This document shows, one piece after another, positions 33,427-43,991 of a stretch of DNA of 64,000 nucleotides (within the stretch, counting starts at the first letter, position 1; each line of letters begins with the position of its first letter). The notes below the pieces were generated by a model. That model saw only the letters and a list, made by a program, of their open reading frames with translations, was not told the DNA's origin and searched no databases. The stretch is from an uncultured Archaeoglobaceae archaeon (GTDB taxonomy: Archaea; Halobacteriota; Archaeoglobi; Archaeoglobales; Archaeoglobaceae), in NCBI GenBank assembly GCA_965561205.1, contig CBEWZU010000001.1, positions 9,857-73,856 on the forward strand. Direction: 5' to 3'. A program made the position numbers and the translations under genes.

Positions 33427-34254
33427 TTAATTTACTCCAACTTTCTTTTTAAATTCTTCAAGCTTCTGTAAAAATTCTTCTAAAGTTTTAACTTTTATAA
33501 CTTCGAAACCCCTATCATTCTGCTTACGCCACATTATAGGCACCTCGACTTCAAGACCCATACTTAAGTAGCTTGCTACTTGTCTAATCAAAACCTCTAA
33601 GTTAAAGCCGGGAGCGGCAGGATAGTTTAGATAAGGTTCTAATTCTCTCATAGCTCTAGAAACTGTCCTATAAGCTTGTTCGTAACCTACTTGTCTAAGT
33701 AGATTTTTGGCTTTCAGTTCCTCTACTATGTCTTTTACGACTTCTGCAGAGTATTTTTCCAGTACTTTTACCATTTCACCCGCGATTTTAAAGAACAACT
33801 CCTCCTCAGGATCTCGTATAGTGGGAACACCCTTGCTATGCATTTTTTCATACATTTTCATATATCCCATGTCTACTATCTTATTTGGTGTAAGCTTATT
33901 AAGCCCATCAATTCCCAAATCTTCTCGAATTACATCAGCAATACCATCTAAAATCAAATGGAGTGCCACACGTTCGTGAATTTCCATAGGCAGGAATGCA
34001 CCGTAATGCTCTCTTAATTCCTCAAAAATAGAGCGTAGGCCACTTACCACGACACTATATCTTTCTGCAAATCTCTTAGGTAAATCTTTTATGAATGGCC
34101 AATAGGGGGTATATGGATTGATTGTCTTGATCCCTCTAGCATCATGATGAGTAGGATTATCCACAATCCTGTGCAATTTTCTATCTGAAGGCAATCCCAG
34201 CTTTTTCTCCCATTTTATATGTAATTTATGGCTAGGCATGCTAAAATACCTCAT
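33427..34254 (-). CDS. Hypothetical protein, possible metal-binding N-terminus
   Basis: MPSHKLH...HRIVD...HHD...LHLILD; antisense insertion between conserved genes. Confidence 0.6.
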   Translation of the reverse strand: MRYFSMPSHKLHIKWEKKLGLPSDRKLHRIVDNPTHHDARGIKTINPYTPYWPFIKDLPKRFAERYSVVVSGLRSIFEELREHYGAFLPMEIHERVALHLILDGIADVIREDLGIDGLNKLTPNKIVDMGYMKMYEKMHSKGVPTIRDPEEELFFKIAGEMVKVLEKYSAEVVKDIVEELKAKNLLRQVGYEQAYRTVSRAMRELEPYLNYPAAPGFNLEVLIRQVASYLSMGLEVEVPIMWRKQNDRGFEVIKVKTLEEFLQKLEEFKKKVGVN

Positions 34255-34407
34255 GCTATTTTTTTTTCACTGACATGCCAACTTAGTGCAAAAGACATTA
34301 TCTTATCAACATTTTAAAAATTGTGCACTTTAAGTTTACGTGTCTTCAAGCTGAAATAAAAAAAGTAGTGGTAAAAGTTAAAATATCCTTTCAAACAACT
34401 CTCTTTA

Positions 34408-35208
34408 ATGAGCGAAAAACTTGTGATAAAACGTTCAGGATACCCATCAAAAGGTGAAATCGTAATCGGAACTGTAACAAGGGTAATGGATTTTGGAGCG
34501 TTTGTATCATTGGACGAATACGAAAATAAAGAGGGACTCGTCCATATAAGCGAAGTGGCACCGGGATGGATTAAAGACATCAGGGATCATGTGAAAAGGG
34601 GGCAGAAGGTCGTCTGTAAAGTCCTCGATGTAAATCCGAAAAGGGGTCACATCGATCTGAGCATCAAGGACGTCAACGAAAGACAGAGGAGGGAAAAGCT
34701 TCAAGAATGGAAGAGCGAGCAGAGGGCGTTCAAATGGCTTGAGATAGCTGGAGAGAAAGCGGGAGTTGATAGAAGGGAGCTTGAAAAAATCGGGAAGAAA
34801 TTGCTGAAAAAGTTCGACAGCATCTATTCAGCTTTTGAGGAAGCCGCATACGAAGGTTACGAAGTCTTGGTTAAGATAACGGGCGAAAAACTCGCAAAAG
34901 AGATTGCGAAACTCGCGAGAGAGCACATAAAACCCCCGAGGGTCAAGGTAAGGGGATACTTCGAGCTGAAATCTTTTGCCGGAGACGGGATAGAGAAGAT
35001 AAAGAAAGCCCTGTCAGAGGTAAAGAAGTTTGCGAAAGACGAGGTGGAGATAAGGGTGGAATACGTCGGGGCACCGAAATACAGGGTGGTTGTCGAGAGT
35101 GATGACTACAAAACAGCCGAGAGCGTTCTGAAAAAGGTTGTTGATGCGGTTACGAAAACGATGAGAAAGCTTGGAGGAGAAGCCAACTTCATAAGGGAAG
35201 CCGTATGA
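34408..35208 (+). CDS. eif2a: Translation initiation factor aIF-2 alpha
   Basis: S1 domain GLVHISEVAPGWIKDIRD...GHIDLS; YVGAPKYR. Confidence 0.97.
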   Translation: MSEKLVIKRSGYPSKGEIVIGTVTRVMDFGAFVSLDEYENKEGLVHISEVAPGWIKDIRDHVKRGQKVVCKVLDVNPKRGHIDLSIKDVNERQRREKLQEWKSEQRAFKWLEIAGEKAGVDRRELEKIGKKLLKKFDSIYSAFEEAAYEGYEVLVKITGEKLAKEIAKLAREHIKPPRVKVRGYFELKSFAGDGIEKIKKALSEVKKFAKDEVEIRVEYVGAPKYRVVVESDDYKTAESVLKKVVDAVTKTMRKLGGEANFIREAV

Positions 35209-35402
35209 AATCTCTGATAAGGAAGTGTTGCGAATGTGGTAGATACACTTTAAAAGAGATCTGTCCTGTTTGCGGTGGTAAAACCTACATGCCAATTCCA
35301 CCGAGATTCTCCCCCGAAGATCCCTACGGGAAGTATAGGAGAATGCTCAGAAAGCAAAAGGGTTTCTGGATAAGGAGGTGCGAAAATGTTGGAAAGAGTT
35401 GA
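35205..35402 (+). CDS. nop10: H/ACA RNP protein Nop10
   Basis: IRKCCECGRYTLKEICPVCG...PPRFSPEDPYGKYRR. Confidence 0.97.
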   Translation: MKSLIRKCCECGRYTLKEICPVCGGKTYMPIPPRFSPEDPYGKYRRMLRKQKGFWIRRCENVGKS

Positions 35403-36165
35403 TATAAGGTATTTGAAAAAGCCTGAGGAGGTCAATCTAAGAGATCCCGTGATGATAGAGGGACTGCCCGGAATAGGTCATGTGGGTAAACTCGTTGCGG
35501 ATCACCTTGTCAAGGTTCTCGACGTTGTTAAGGTTGTCGAGATATATTCCCATCACTTTCCTCCTCAGGTAATGGTTGAAAAAGACGGGATAATTAGGAT
35601 GCCAAAAAACGAGATCTACGCATATAAAAGTGATGGAACTTCACCGGATCTGCTAATTCTTGTTGGAGATTACCAGAGCATAAGTAATGAAGGACATTTC
35701 GAACTCGCAAATGCCTACCTGAAGATTGCGAAAGAGTTTGGTGTCAAAAGGATATACACCCTTGGAGGATACGGGGTCGGAAAGCTTGTTGAACACCCTT
35801 ACGTTATCGGTGCCGTCAACAGTGAAAGCTTGATAGAACCCCTTAAAGAGGCTGGAGTTAAATTCGAAGACGGCGAGCCTGCCGGGGGGATCATAGGTGC
35901 CGCTGGTCTGATAATAGGTTTGGCCATGCTCGAGGGGATAGAGGCGGCATGTCTCATGGGAACGACATCGGGATACATGGTGGATCCGAGAAGTGCGAAG
36001 GCGGTTCTCGAAGTCCTAATGAAGCTTTTGAACCTGAAAATCAGCGTTGAGGATTTAGACGAGAGGGCTAAGGAGATGGAGAGGCTAATAGCTCAGATAA
36101 AGGAGATGCAGGAAGCTCAGGCAATGCAGTGGAGGAGCGAGGAGGATTTAGGATACTTCAGATGA
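35386..36165 (+). CDS. PAC2-family proteasome assembly chaperone
   Basis: EGLPGIGHVGKL...HFPPQV...IYTLGG; conserved eif2a-nop10-PAC2 synteny. Confidence 0.93.
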   Translation: MLERVDIRYLKKPEEVNLRDPVMIEGLPGIGHVGKLVADHLVKVLDVVKVVEIYSHHFPPQVMVEKDGIIRMPKNEIYAYKSDGTSPDLLILVGDYQSISNEGHFELANAYLKIAKEFGVKRIYTLGGYGVGKLVEHPYVIGAVNSESLIEPLKEAGVKFEDGEPAGGIIGAAGLIIGLAMLEGIEAACLMGTTSGYMVDPRSAKAVLEVLMKLLNLKISVEDLDERAKEMERLIAQIKEMQEAQAMQWRSEEDLGYFR

Positions 36166-36934
36166 ATTTTTCTAAGAATTCTCTTTCTTTTTTAAGCTCT
36201 TCGATCTTATCTTCATAGGTCATCTCTCCGTAACTCAGATCGTCAAGTTCTATCGTTATCAAACCTTCATAGCCGGTGTCCCTGATTTCCCAGAGGAATT
36301 TTTTAACCCTCTCATCATTTCTTGCGGTCGTGTGTCTTCCTTTTTCATCATAACTACTTACGTGCAAATTCTTTATCAATTCCACGGACTCTAAATACTT
36401 CCACAGATCTCCGTTTTTCATAGCGTGATTGACGTCCAATGTTATCCCGAATCCGAATTTTTTTGCGTATCCGATGACTTCCTCGTAATCCTTGCAAAGG
36501 TAATTGATATGGGGTTCGCTGTTCTCCAAAAGTATTGTGGCGTTTTTTATCTCACCATACTTTTTCAAAATTCTGAAATATCTCTGTAGAGCTTCGTGGT
36601 CTTCTTCCACGGGCTCCCTTAATGCACTTCTCTTTCCCGCATGGATTGTGAGAACACGATCCAATTTCGAAGCGATATTTACAGCAAAGAGATTTTCTTT
36701 CACCGTGGCTTCAACAACGTGTTGGTTAACGCTACACGGGTTTAGATCGAAAATAGCACCATGAATCGCACCTATATATTCTTTTATTTCGTAAAGCCTC
36801 TCTATTCGCCTATCTATCCAGAAATCTGGTGTTTCCACCCAGAATTCGAGACCATCGCATCCGCTGAGTTCCACCGCTTTTACGATCCTATCAAGGGGAT
36901 ATTCGTATAGGAACATCGTGGAGAACAAAATCAT
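36158..36934 (-). CDS. Sugar phosphate isomerase/epimerase (AP endonuclease 2 TIM barrel)
   Basis: LEFW, TIHAG, LLEN, TLDVNHA, LHVS and TIE motifs. Confidence 0.85.
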   Translation of the reverse strand: MILFSTMFLYEYPLDRIVKAVELSGCDGLEFWVETPDFWIDRRIERLYEIKEYIGAIHGAIFDLNPCSVNQHVVEATVKENLFAVNIASKLDRVLTIHAGKRSALREPVEEDHEALQRYFRILKKYGEIKNATILLENSEPHINYLCKDYEEVIGYAKKFGFGITLDVNHAMKNGDLWKYLESVELIKNLHVSSYDEKGRHTTARNDERVKKFLWEIRDTGYEGLITIELDDLSYGEMTYEDKIEELKKEREFLEKFI

Positions 36935-37947
36935 AGCAATCTCAGAGCTAAATCCTTCCTCGAAAGAAGCTTCCTCATCACTTCGTCCTCACTTTTCCCG
37001 CTTGCTAGAACGCTGATTAAGGGATCATCCTTTGAATAGTGGTCACCCCTTTTGGGAATGTCTGCAAAAAACGGATTTCCCACGGGAGATTTTCTGATTA
37101 TCTTATCTCTATCTGTGAACAAGATAGCCCTACCGGCAAATCTTTTCTGTTTTACTTCGTGTAATCTCCCGTTTATCGCCTCCAAGTGAAGTTTGAAAAG
37201 GTTGCAATCACTGCTCCATTCTATTGAATCGAGGGATCCCTGAAATCTTGGATTTATCTCAAGAACATACGGCTTATCGGCGAGGACGAAGTCAACACCG
37301 ATATTTCCGACAAGCTCGAAAATCACAGCTAATTCCTCCCCAATCCTTTTCAATTTCTCCGCCCACTCTGTTTTGAAGGGTGTGATATTGCCGCAGTATC
37401 TGAATCCAGAGGCGTTAAATCTTTCATCCCCTATCAGCATTTTGTTCACCGCAATAGCCTTAGCTCTGTTACCGTCGCTCAGAACGGAAACGGAGCATGG
37501 GATCCCGTTAATAAACCTTTGGAGGATGTATCCCTCTTTGATCTTGTTGCCAAATTCTATGCTTTCACCGCCACCGCCAACTTCGGGCTTTAATATACCC
37601 CACTCTCCGTCTTTTAATAATTCGGGAAAATCGAATCCTAAGTTCTCCAATTTTTTGTAGAATTTTCTCTTATTGATAATCTCATCAAGCTTTTTGTTAA
37701 AGAGGTTTTCGTATCCAGAAGTCGTCACGATCTCGGCATTAATGCTTTCGGCAATCTCCAAAGCTCTTTTTTTAACGTTTTCTTTTTTTTCCTTCTCTTT
37801 TTCTTTCTCTTTGATGAGATATACTTCTTTTGCGTATAGTCTCAGATCTGCATCGTCATGCTCGGTTAATGCGAACACTTCGAATCCCGCTTTTCTTGCA
37901 GATTCAGCGACGTTCCGAACGTTGCTTCCTACAATCAGAAACCTCAT
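36931..37947 (-). CDS. ATP-grasp domain protein
   Basis: LKPEVGGGG, LQRFING, GVDFV, LEINPRFQGS. Confidence 0.88.
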   Translation of the reverse strand: MRFLIVGSNVRNVAESARKAGFEVFALTEHDDADLRLYAKEVYLIKEKEKEKEKKENVKKRALEIAESINAEIVTTSGYENLFNKKLDEIINKRKFYKKLENLGFDFPELLKDGEWGILKPEVGGGGESIEFGNKIKEGYILQRFINGIPCSVSVLSDGNRAKAIAVNKMLIGDERFNASGFRYCGNITPFKTEWAEKLKRIGEELAVIFELVGNIGVDFVLADKPYVLEINPRFQGSLDSIEWSSDCNLFKLHLEAINGRLHEVKQKRFAGRAILFTDRDKIIRKSPVGNPFFADIPKRGDHYSKDDPLISVLASGKSEDEVMRKLLSRKDLALRLL

Positions 37948-38680
37948 TTATGATCTTCCTTATCACGTCCTCTTCTTCGGTTCTGTAGATCTCATCCATA
38001 CTCCCGTTCCCGCTCAGATCAAGTCCCCTGAAAACAACGGCGGGAATTCCGTCGTCGGCTTCACCCATCACAAGATTTGCAAACGCCGCCACCTCGTCAG
38101 CAACGCACTCCACAGTCACTTCGAGCTCGTTTCCGTAGAGATCTTTTTTACCCCTCCAGTCCCTCATAGCCTGAATGCCGGAAACGCCGATCGAGAAACC
38201 CACGACACCCCTCCTAAAGCACCTTCCATTGGTATCCGTGATGATAACGCCCACGTTCTTTCCCGTTATCTCTTTTATTTTCTCTCTTAAGATCTTTGCT
38301 GATCTGTCTGGATCCTTCGGAGGAAGAAGCAAATAACCTTTTTTGACGTTGCTGTTATCTATCCCAGCGTTTATGCATATATTCCCGAATCTTGCTTTTG
38401 TCAGAAGTATCGGGTGCTCGATCAAAATCTCTTCGCTCTCATTGATGACGGCTTGAATAAATCTTGGATCCTTTCCGTGTTTTTCCGCAAGCCTTATAGC
38501 TTTTTCAGAAGGCTTTATTTCATCAATCTTTAGTAGTCTTCCCTCGGATTTGGAGATGACAGTGGAACAGACTGCAAGGATATCGCCATCCTCAAAGTTA
38601 AAAAGATTTGTAAAGATTCTGGCGAGATCGTCTCCTTCTTTTATTTCGGGAACTCCTCTTATGGGAAAAACTCTGATCAT
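37904..38680 (-). CDS. cofE: Coenzyme F420:L-glutamate ligase
   Basis: PEIKEGDDL, VISKSEG, NAGIDNSN, IITDTNGRCFRRG. Confidence 0.95.
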   Translation of the reverse strand: MIRVFPIRGVPEIKEGDDLARIFTNLFNFEDGDILAVCSTVISKSEGRLLKIDEIKPSEKAIRLAEKHGKDPRFIQAVINESEEILIEHPILLTKARFGNICINAGIDNSNVKKGYLLLPPKDPDRSAKILREKIKEITGKNVGVIITDTNGRCFRRGVVGFSIGVSGIQAMRDWRGKKDLYGNELEVTVECVADEVAAFANLVMGEADDGIPAVVFRGLDLSGNGSMDEIYRTEEEDVIRKIINEVSDCRKQRSERR

Positions 38681-41388
38681 AACCTTTCCCTTAGATAAGT
38701 GAAGATTTCCGCAATCACATCGTCCTTAGTTGGCATTATCTGCCCGGCACCCTGTGCGAGGTCGCATCTTCCGCCACCTCCTCCCTTGATCATTCTTCCG
38801 ATGATTTTCATTAGATCACGGGCGTCCACCCTTTCATCTCCACTAAAGGTTGTGATTTTCACACCGTCATAGCCTGACAGCAACGCTCCAACGTATCCCT
38901 TCTCGGCGAGTTTGATTCCAATCTTTGCTAACATCTTCGGATCTTCTTTGATAATCTCCACGATAATTTTCAAATCTTCGAATTCCTCCGCATCCCTCTC
39001 AAGAATTTCCGCCTTTATTTTAGCGATCTCGTCTTGAAGCTTCTCTATTGTTTTTCTCTGTTCCTTCCACTCCTCGAAAAATCTGTTAACGGTTTTTGGT
39101 AAAATCTCCGGCTGGACCCTGAGGATGATGCTTGCCTCTTTCAGTATGGCTTCGTTCTTTGCAATATGCTCTAAAGCGGCTTCTCCCGCGGCGAACTCAA
39201 ATCTCAGAACACCGTCTTGGATGGACTCAACCCTTATTATTTTGAAGACTCCGATCTCACCCGTTTTCTCGCAATGGGTTCCACCGCACGCCTGAACGTC
39301 GTCTCCAACTCTGACGATTCGGATTTCCCTTCCCGGTGGGACTCCTCCTTGATAAAGTCTGAAGCCGTAAATCTGCTCAGCCTTGATCCTATCCATAAAC
39401 TCCCAAGAGATATCTTTGTTGGCCATGATTTCCCGATTGACTTCGAGTTCAATTTCCCTGATCTCATCCTCGCTCGGTCTCTTGTAGTGCGTGACATCCA
39501 ATCTCGCCTTCTGCCATTCTTTTCTTGCTCCAGCCTGCCATACATGCTTTCCCAACTTATTTTGCAAAACGTAGAGCAACAGATGAGTTGCCGAATGATG
39601 TCTCATGTGTCTTAATCTTCTGTCCCTATCTATGAAGCCTTTAACTTTATCACCCACGCTGAGCTTTCCGTTAATCTTGTGAAGGATTACGCCGTCTTCT
39701 TCGAGGACGTCAATAACATCGATTTTCCTTCCGTTCACCATCAGATATCCCGTATCGTTATCCTGTCCACCACTTTCCGGATAGAAGGCTGTTCTGTTAA
39801 GGATTGCGTAATCCCCTTCAATCCCGATAACTTCGGCTTCGAATTCGAGCAGTTTTGAGTTATAATAAAGCTTTTCGGTTGGAGGATAATCCTTTTCAAG
39901 AAGCTTTACCCTTTCTCTCCTTTCAGCTTTAGAGTGTCTTGAGGCAAGCTCGGCATAGAAGTCTTCGGGCATTTCCACTTCTATTCCCCTTTTCTTAGCG
40001 AGATCTATAGCAATTTCCGGGGGTATTCCATGGGAATCGTAGAACTCGATAAGGTCGTCTTTTTCGATCTTTTTCTTCTTTTCAATAGTCCTTTCGACTA
40101 AGGAAATACCCTTGCTCATGGTTTCTCGGAATCTCTTTTCTTCAAGCTCTAAAATCTCTTGGATCGTTTCGAGGGGAACGTCAAATTCGAATTCTTTTAG
40201 GATTTTCCTGTGAAGGCTGACCAGATCGAAGAGTTTCAGGCTTAGTCCGATCTCATCCGACATTCTTAATGCCCTTCGAATCATCAATCTAACGAGGTAT
40301 CCCGATCCGGCATTCGAGGGGACGAGGGCATCTCCGAGCATGAATAAAATGCATCTCGTATGATCTGCGAGGGCGTATACCTTTTCAAGGGGATTGACAA
40401 TCCTTTCGAGTTGATCAACGGTAATCCCAAATTTATTGGCTATACTCTTTCTCAATTCGTATAGCTTTTCACCCCTCAGGCTACCGAGGACTCCCGCGAG
40501 TTTAGAGCTTTCTGCTATTATCTCCTGAATGCGGTCGTCATCTCTTGAGAATCTGACGTTACTGTTCTCCAATATCGCGTCGATGACCTCTGGAAATATC
40601 GCATCGTAGACTGTGGGGGTTCCCTGAGATGCCCAAACAAATCTTTCCAGCCCGTATCCCGTATCAACGATGTAGTTATCCATCTTCCTGTATCTAACAC
40701 CCTTTATCTCGATATCTCCTTCGGGGTGCTCCTTAAGGTTCATAAAAACTAGGGTTGCGAGCTCCAATCCGCCGACTATGGCTTCCAAGCAAGGGCCCGC
40801 GTTTCCTCCTCCAGCCCAAGGCTCCTCTTTGTAGACCATATCCTCCTTCTTGACGCCAAGTTCGTTCAGAAGTTCGGTGCAATACATCACCGTCTCGTTT
40901 TTCCAGTAGATTTCTTTACCGGGATAGTTAAAAGCGTGGTGAGCCATCATTTCGAAGAGAGTCAGATGTCTCCCCGTTCTTCCCACTGAGTCAAGATCGT
41001 CCATCCTTATGCACGGTTGGGAGATCGTCAGGGGGTTTGCAGGCGGTGGAACAACTCCAGACGTGACGAAAGGCTGAAAATCAGCTATGCTTGCGATCGT
41101 CAGGTAGATGTCATCTCTCCATCTTGCGACAACAGGATAACGGTTGATTCTTTTGTGATCTCTTTTTTCGAAGAAAGACAGGTAATACTCTCTCATCTCA
41201 TCGAGCTTGAACTTTTTCTTGAAAAGGGGGTTATTTATGAAAGTGTAGGTTCCACATGGAGGATCTCCACAAATCTCTCTGCTTTCATCGGCAGTCCAGA
41301 AGTGTTTTCCGCACTTTGGACACTTTTTTCTTGTAAATCCGTTTTCTTCCAAGAAAGTTATATCCAGATACTCACTCTCAAGACTCAT
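38677..41388 (-). CDS. alaS: Alanine--tRNA ligase (archaeal type)
   Basis: TIASIADFQP, DTGYGLER, editing HHSATH and ACGGTH, DHHA1 GGGGG. Confidence 0.98.
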   Translation of the reverse strand: MSLESEYLDITFLEENGFTRKKCPKCGKHFWTADESREICGDPPCGTYTFINNPLFKKKFKLDEMREYYLSFFEKRDHKRINRYPVVARWRDDIYLTIASIADFQPFVTSGVVPPPANPLTISQPCIRMDDLDSVGRTGRHLTLFEMMAHHAFNYPGKEIYWKNETVMYCTELLNELGVKKEDMVYKEEPWAGGGNAGPCLEAIVGGLELATLVFMNLKEHPEGDIEIKGVRYRKMDNYIVDTGYGLERFVWASQGTPTVYDAIFPEVIDAILENSNVRFSRDDDRIQEIIAESSKLAGVLGSLRGEKLYELRKSIANKFGITVDQLERIVNPLEKVYALADHTRCILFMLGDALVPSNAGSGYLVRLMIRRALRMSDEIGLSLKLFDLVSLHRKILKEFEFDVPLETIQEILELEEKRFRETMSKGISLVERTIEKKKKIEKDDLIEFYDSHGIPPEIAIDLAKKRGIEVEMPEDFYAELASRHSKAERRERVKLLEKDYPPTEKLYYNSKLLEFEAEVIGIEGDYAILNRTAFYPESGGQDNDTGYLMVNGRKIDVIDVLEEDGVILHKINGKLSVGDKVKGFIDRDRRLRHMRHHSATHLLLYVLQNKLGKHVWQAGARKEWQKARLDVTHYKRPSEDEIREIELEVNREIMANKDISWEFMDRIKAEQIYGFRLYQGGVPPGREIRIVRVGDDVQACGGTHCEKTGEIGVFKIIRVESIQDGVLRFEFAAGEAALEHIAKNEAILKEASIILRVQPEILPKTVNRFFEEWKEQRKTIEKLQDEIAKIKAEILERDAEEFEDLKIIVEIIKEDPKMLAKIGIKLAEKGYVGALLSGYDGVKITTFSGDERVDARDLMKIIGRMIKGGGGGRCDLAQGAGQIMPTKDDVIAEIFTYLRERL

Positions 41389-41515
41389 TACGAGTAAGAT
41401 GCACGGTAAAATTATAATATTTATGCTTATTTATGCTTTAATGATTCACCTTCAATAAAGGCTATCAAACTGCTCAATATCCAGTGAAGTTTAAGACATA
41501 AAAGGTGAAGGGACA

Positions 41516-43579
41516 ATGAAAAATAATAAAAAAGCTCCCGGTATGATTTACATACTCATTTCCTTTCTTCCTTGGGTTGTTTACGGGATATTGAGTGGTA
41601 TAGGAAATAAGTTAGGAATAAATAAGTTAGGAATACTAGTTTCATTGGTTATCTGTTTGCTGCTTATACTACCTCAAGTCCACAAAAGGGATTTTAATCT
41701 AATGGATATTGTCTCCCTTCTCTACTTCAGCACAGCTACAGCGTTCACATTCATTTTCAACCTGAACATATTTGTCGAGAAAAGCGGTTTTCTTGGCTAC
41801 TCTGTTTTGTTTCTGATGGCATTGTTTTCCCTAATCATCAAACAACCCTACACACTTCAGATTTCGAAAAGAGACTATCCAGAAATTTACTGGAAGGAGA
41901 GATTATTTCTGGCCATTAACAACATAATCACTGGAGTCTGGGCGGTAATCTTCATAGCAAACGCAACCATATTTTTACTTCTAAATGCAACTTCCGCCGT
42001 AATCCTCTCGAACACCTTGATCGCTCTTGGTATAACATTTTCAATTGTTTTCCCTTTAAAAGCACCAGCTTATTTCGCTACAAAGGAATTCAGGAAATAC
42101 GATTGGAGTGTTGATGTAACTCAAAAGCCAAAAGGGGAAAAAGAATACGATGTTATCATCGTCGGTTCTGGTATTGCAGGGCTAACTTGCGGTGCATTAC
42201 TCTCAAAAAGAGGTTATAGGATTTTAGTTTTGGAGCAACATCATAAGGTTGGGGGTTACTGCTCTTCTTTTGAGAGGAAAGATTTTGTCTTTAATACGGG
42301 AGTTGAAAACGTAAGCGGACTGTGGGAAAAAGGACCGGTAACCTATCTTCTTAAGGAACTTGGCTTTGAAAAGGATGAACTTTTCACAAAGAATAGAATG
42401 AGATACATCTTTAAAGGTAAAGAGATCGATGCCAGCAACCTGGAAGAGTTCATAAAAGCTCTCTCAGAGATGTTCCCAGAAGAGAAAGAGAACATTCACG
42501 CCTTCTTTGATGAGGCTAAAAAAGCCTACGAAGAATGTTACAAAGACTTGGTTTATGGTGTTCCCTTGCCAGCTGAACTGATAGTTAAGGTTTTTGGAGC
42601 TAAGAAGCTCTTGGATTATCCTAAGGAACATCCTCATTTCTTTGACTGGATGAACAGAACATACAAGCAAAAACTTGATGAGTTTTTCACTAATGAGGAT
42701 TTGAAAACTTTACTCTGTGCTTTGCTGGGTTATTTAGGAACAAAGCCAGAAGAAACGAGAGCAAGCAGTGCGCTTACCGCTGTAGTTTCATATTACCTAC
42801 ATGGCGGATATTTCCCTAAAAGAGGTGCACAGAGATTTGCAGATAGATTAAAGGAATTTATAGAATGCAATGGCGGTAAAGTCCTTACGAGGCATAGAGT
42901 GGATAAAATAATTGTTGAGAAAGGAGAAGTTAGGGGAGTAAGGGTTGGGAATAAAATTTTTAAGAGTCCTATTGTTGTTGCCAATGCAAATGCAAAAACA
43001 ACTTTTCTGGAGCTTGTTGGAGAGGAGAATTTGGATAGAGATTTCGTTGAATACATAAAGAAGTTGAAGATGTCCCCTTCATGTTTCATGGTGTTTTTGG
43101 GAGTAGACATGGATTTATCTGGCTATCCAACAATTATTGAGAACTTAGATGAAGGCTACAGCATCGCTATAAATTCCAATGATTCAGGTTTAGCTCCTAA
43201 AGGAAAAGCATGCATTACAATATTGACTGGAGCGAACTACCGCGATTTTCCAGAAAGGGGAACAAAAGAGTATTTAGAAAAGAAGAGAGAGTTTGCGGAG
43301 TTTCTAATCAAGAAAGCTGAGAAAATTATTCCCAACTTAAGCAAACACATAGTCGTTCAAGATGCGGCAACGCCAAAAACATTAGAGAGATACACATCCA
43401 TGCCGGAAGGAGCAATTTATGCTTTCGATCAATCGATTAATACCAAGAGACCTTATTTTAAAACGCCAATAAAAGGCTTGTATTTGGCAAGTGCTTCAAC
43501 ATTTCCCGGAGGAGGAATTGAAGCTGTTGTGATCTCGGGAATAATTTGTGCAAACGATATATGTAATTGGGAGAATTAA
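41516..43579 (+). CDS. Phytoene-desaturase-like FAD oxidoreductase with N-terminal multi-TM domain
   Basis: IVGSGIAGLTCG...LEQHHKVGG; C-terminal GLYLASASTFPGGGIE; ~185 aa hydrophobic N-terminus. Confidence 0.85.
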   Translation: MKNNKKAPGMIYILISFLPWVVYGILSGIGNKLGINKLGILVSLVICLLLILPQVHKRDFNLMDIVSLLYFSTATAFTFIFNLNIFVEKSGFLGYSVLFLMALFSLIIKQPYTLQISKRDYPEIYWKERLFLAINNIITGVWAVIFIANATIFLLLNATSAVILSNTLIALGITFSIVFPLKAPAYFATKEFRKYDWSVDVTQKPKGEKEYDVIIVGSGIAGLTCGALLSKRGYRILVLEQHHKVGGYCSSFERKDFVFNTGVENVSGLWEKGPVTYLLKELGFEKDELFTKNRMRYIFKGKEIDASNLEEFIKALSEMFPEEKENIHAFFDEAKKAYEECYKDLVYGVPLPAELIVKVFGAKKLLDYPKEHPHFFDWMNRTYKQKLDEFFTNEDLKTLLCALLGYLGTKPEETRASSALTAVVSYYLHGGYFPKRGAQRFADRLKEFIECNGGKVLTRHRVDKIIVEKGEVRGVRVGNKIFKSPIVVANANAKTTFLELVGEENLDRDFVEYIKKLKMSPSCFMVFLGVDMDLSGYPTIIENLDEGYSIAINSNDSGLAPKGKACITILTGANYRDFPERGTKEYLEKKREFAEFLIKKAEKIIPNLSKHIVVQDAATPKTLERYTSMPEGAIYAFDQSINTKRPYFKTPIKGLYLASASTFPGGGIEAVVISGIICANDICNWEN

Positions 43580-43739
43580 AACGTAGAGCTCCACAGTTTA
43601 TGTAAGAGACAGCGATCAAAGGATAGGTTTATATAGATGATTTATCATAGAAAAATCTATGAAATGTTATCACGATCCTGCAATTGAGTGTAAGTTTAAC
43701 GGTGAATGTCACAAATGCCCGATAATCGAGGCGATTATG

Positions 43740-43990
43740 TCAGATTATCCTCATTAACTCCTCCAAGTCCTCATCTACAGACCTTCCAAATCTTACGGGT
43801 CTGTTGTCGTGCTTATACCGGGGAACCGCGTGAATGTGGGCGGTGTATTATTTCCTGCCCCGCCAATCTTCCGATGTTGCTGACGATGTTGAATCCATCC
43901 GGATTGAATACCTTCAATCTTTGGAATCACTAATGTGTGACCCTTGCTTAGGGGATTTATGTCCAAGAACGCTATCGCCTTTTTGTTTTC
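43740..43990 (-). pseudogene. HIT-family hydrolase remnant
   Basis: AFLDINPLSKGHTLVIPK, then a deletion, NPDGFNIVSNIGRLAGQEIIH, a frameshift, AHIHAVPR; no start codon. Confidence 0.85.
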
Positions 43991-43991
43991 G

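Noticed and set aside
37673-38290. 205-aa plus-strand ORF and similar long antisense ORFs over alaS, RaSEA and DUF1102 genes
   Set aside because: Shadows of well-supported genes on the opposite strand
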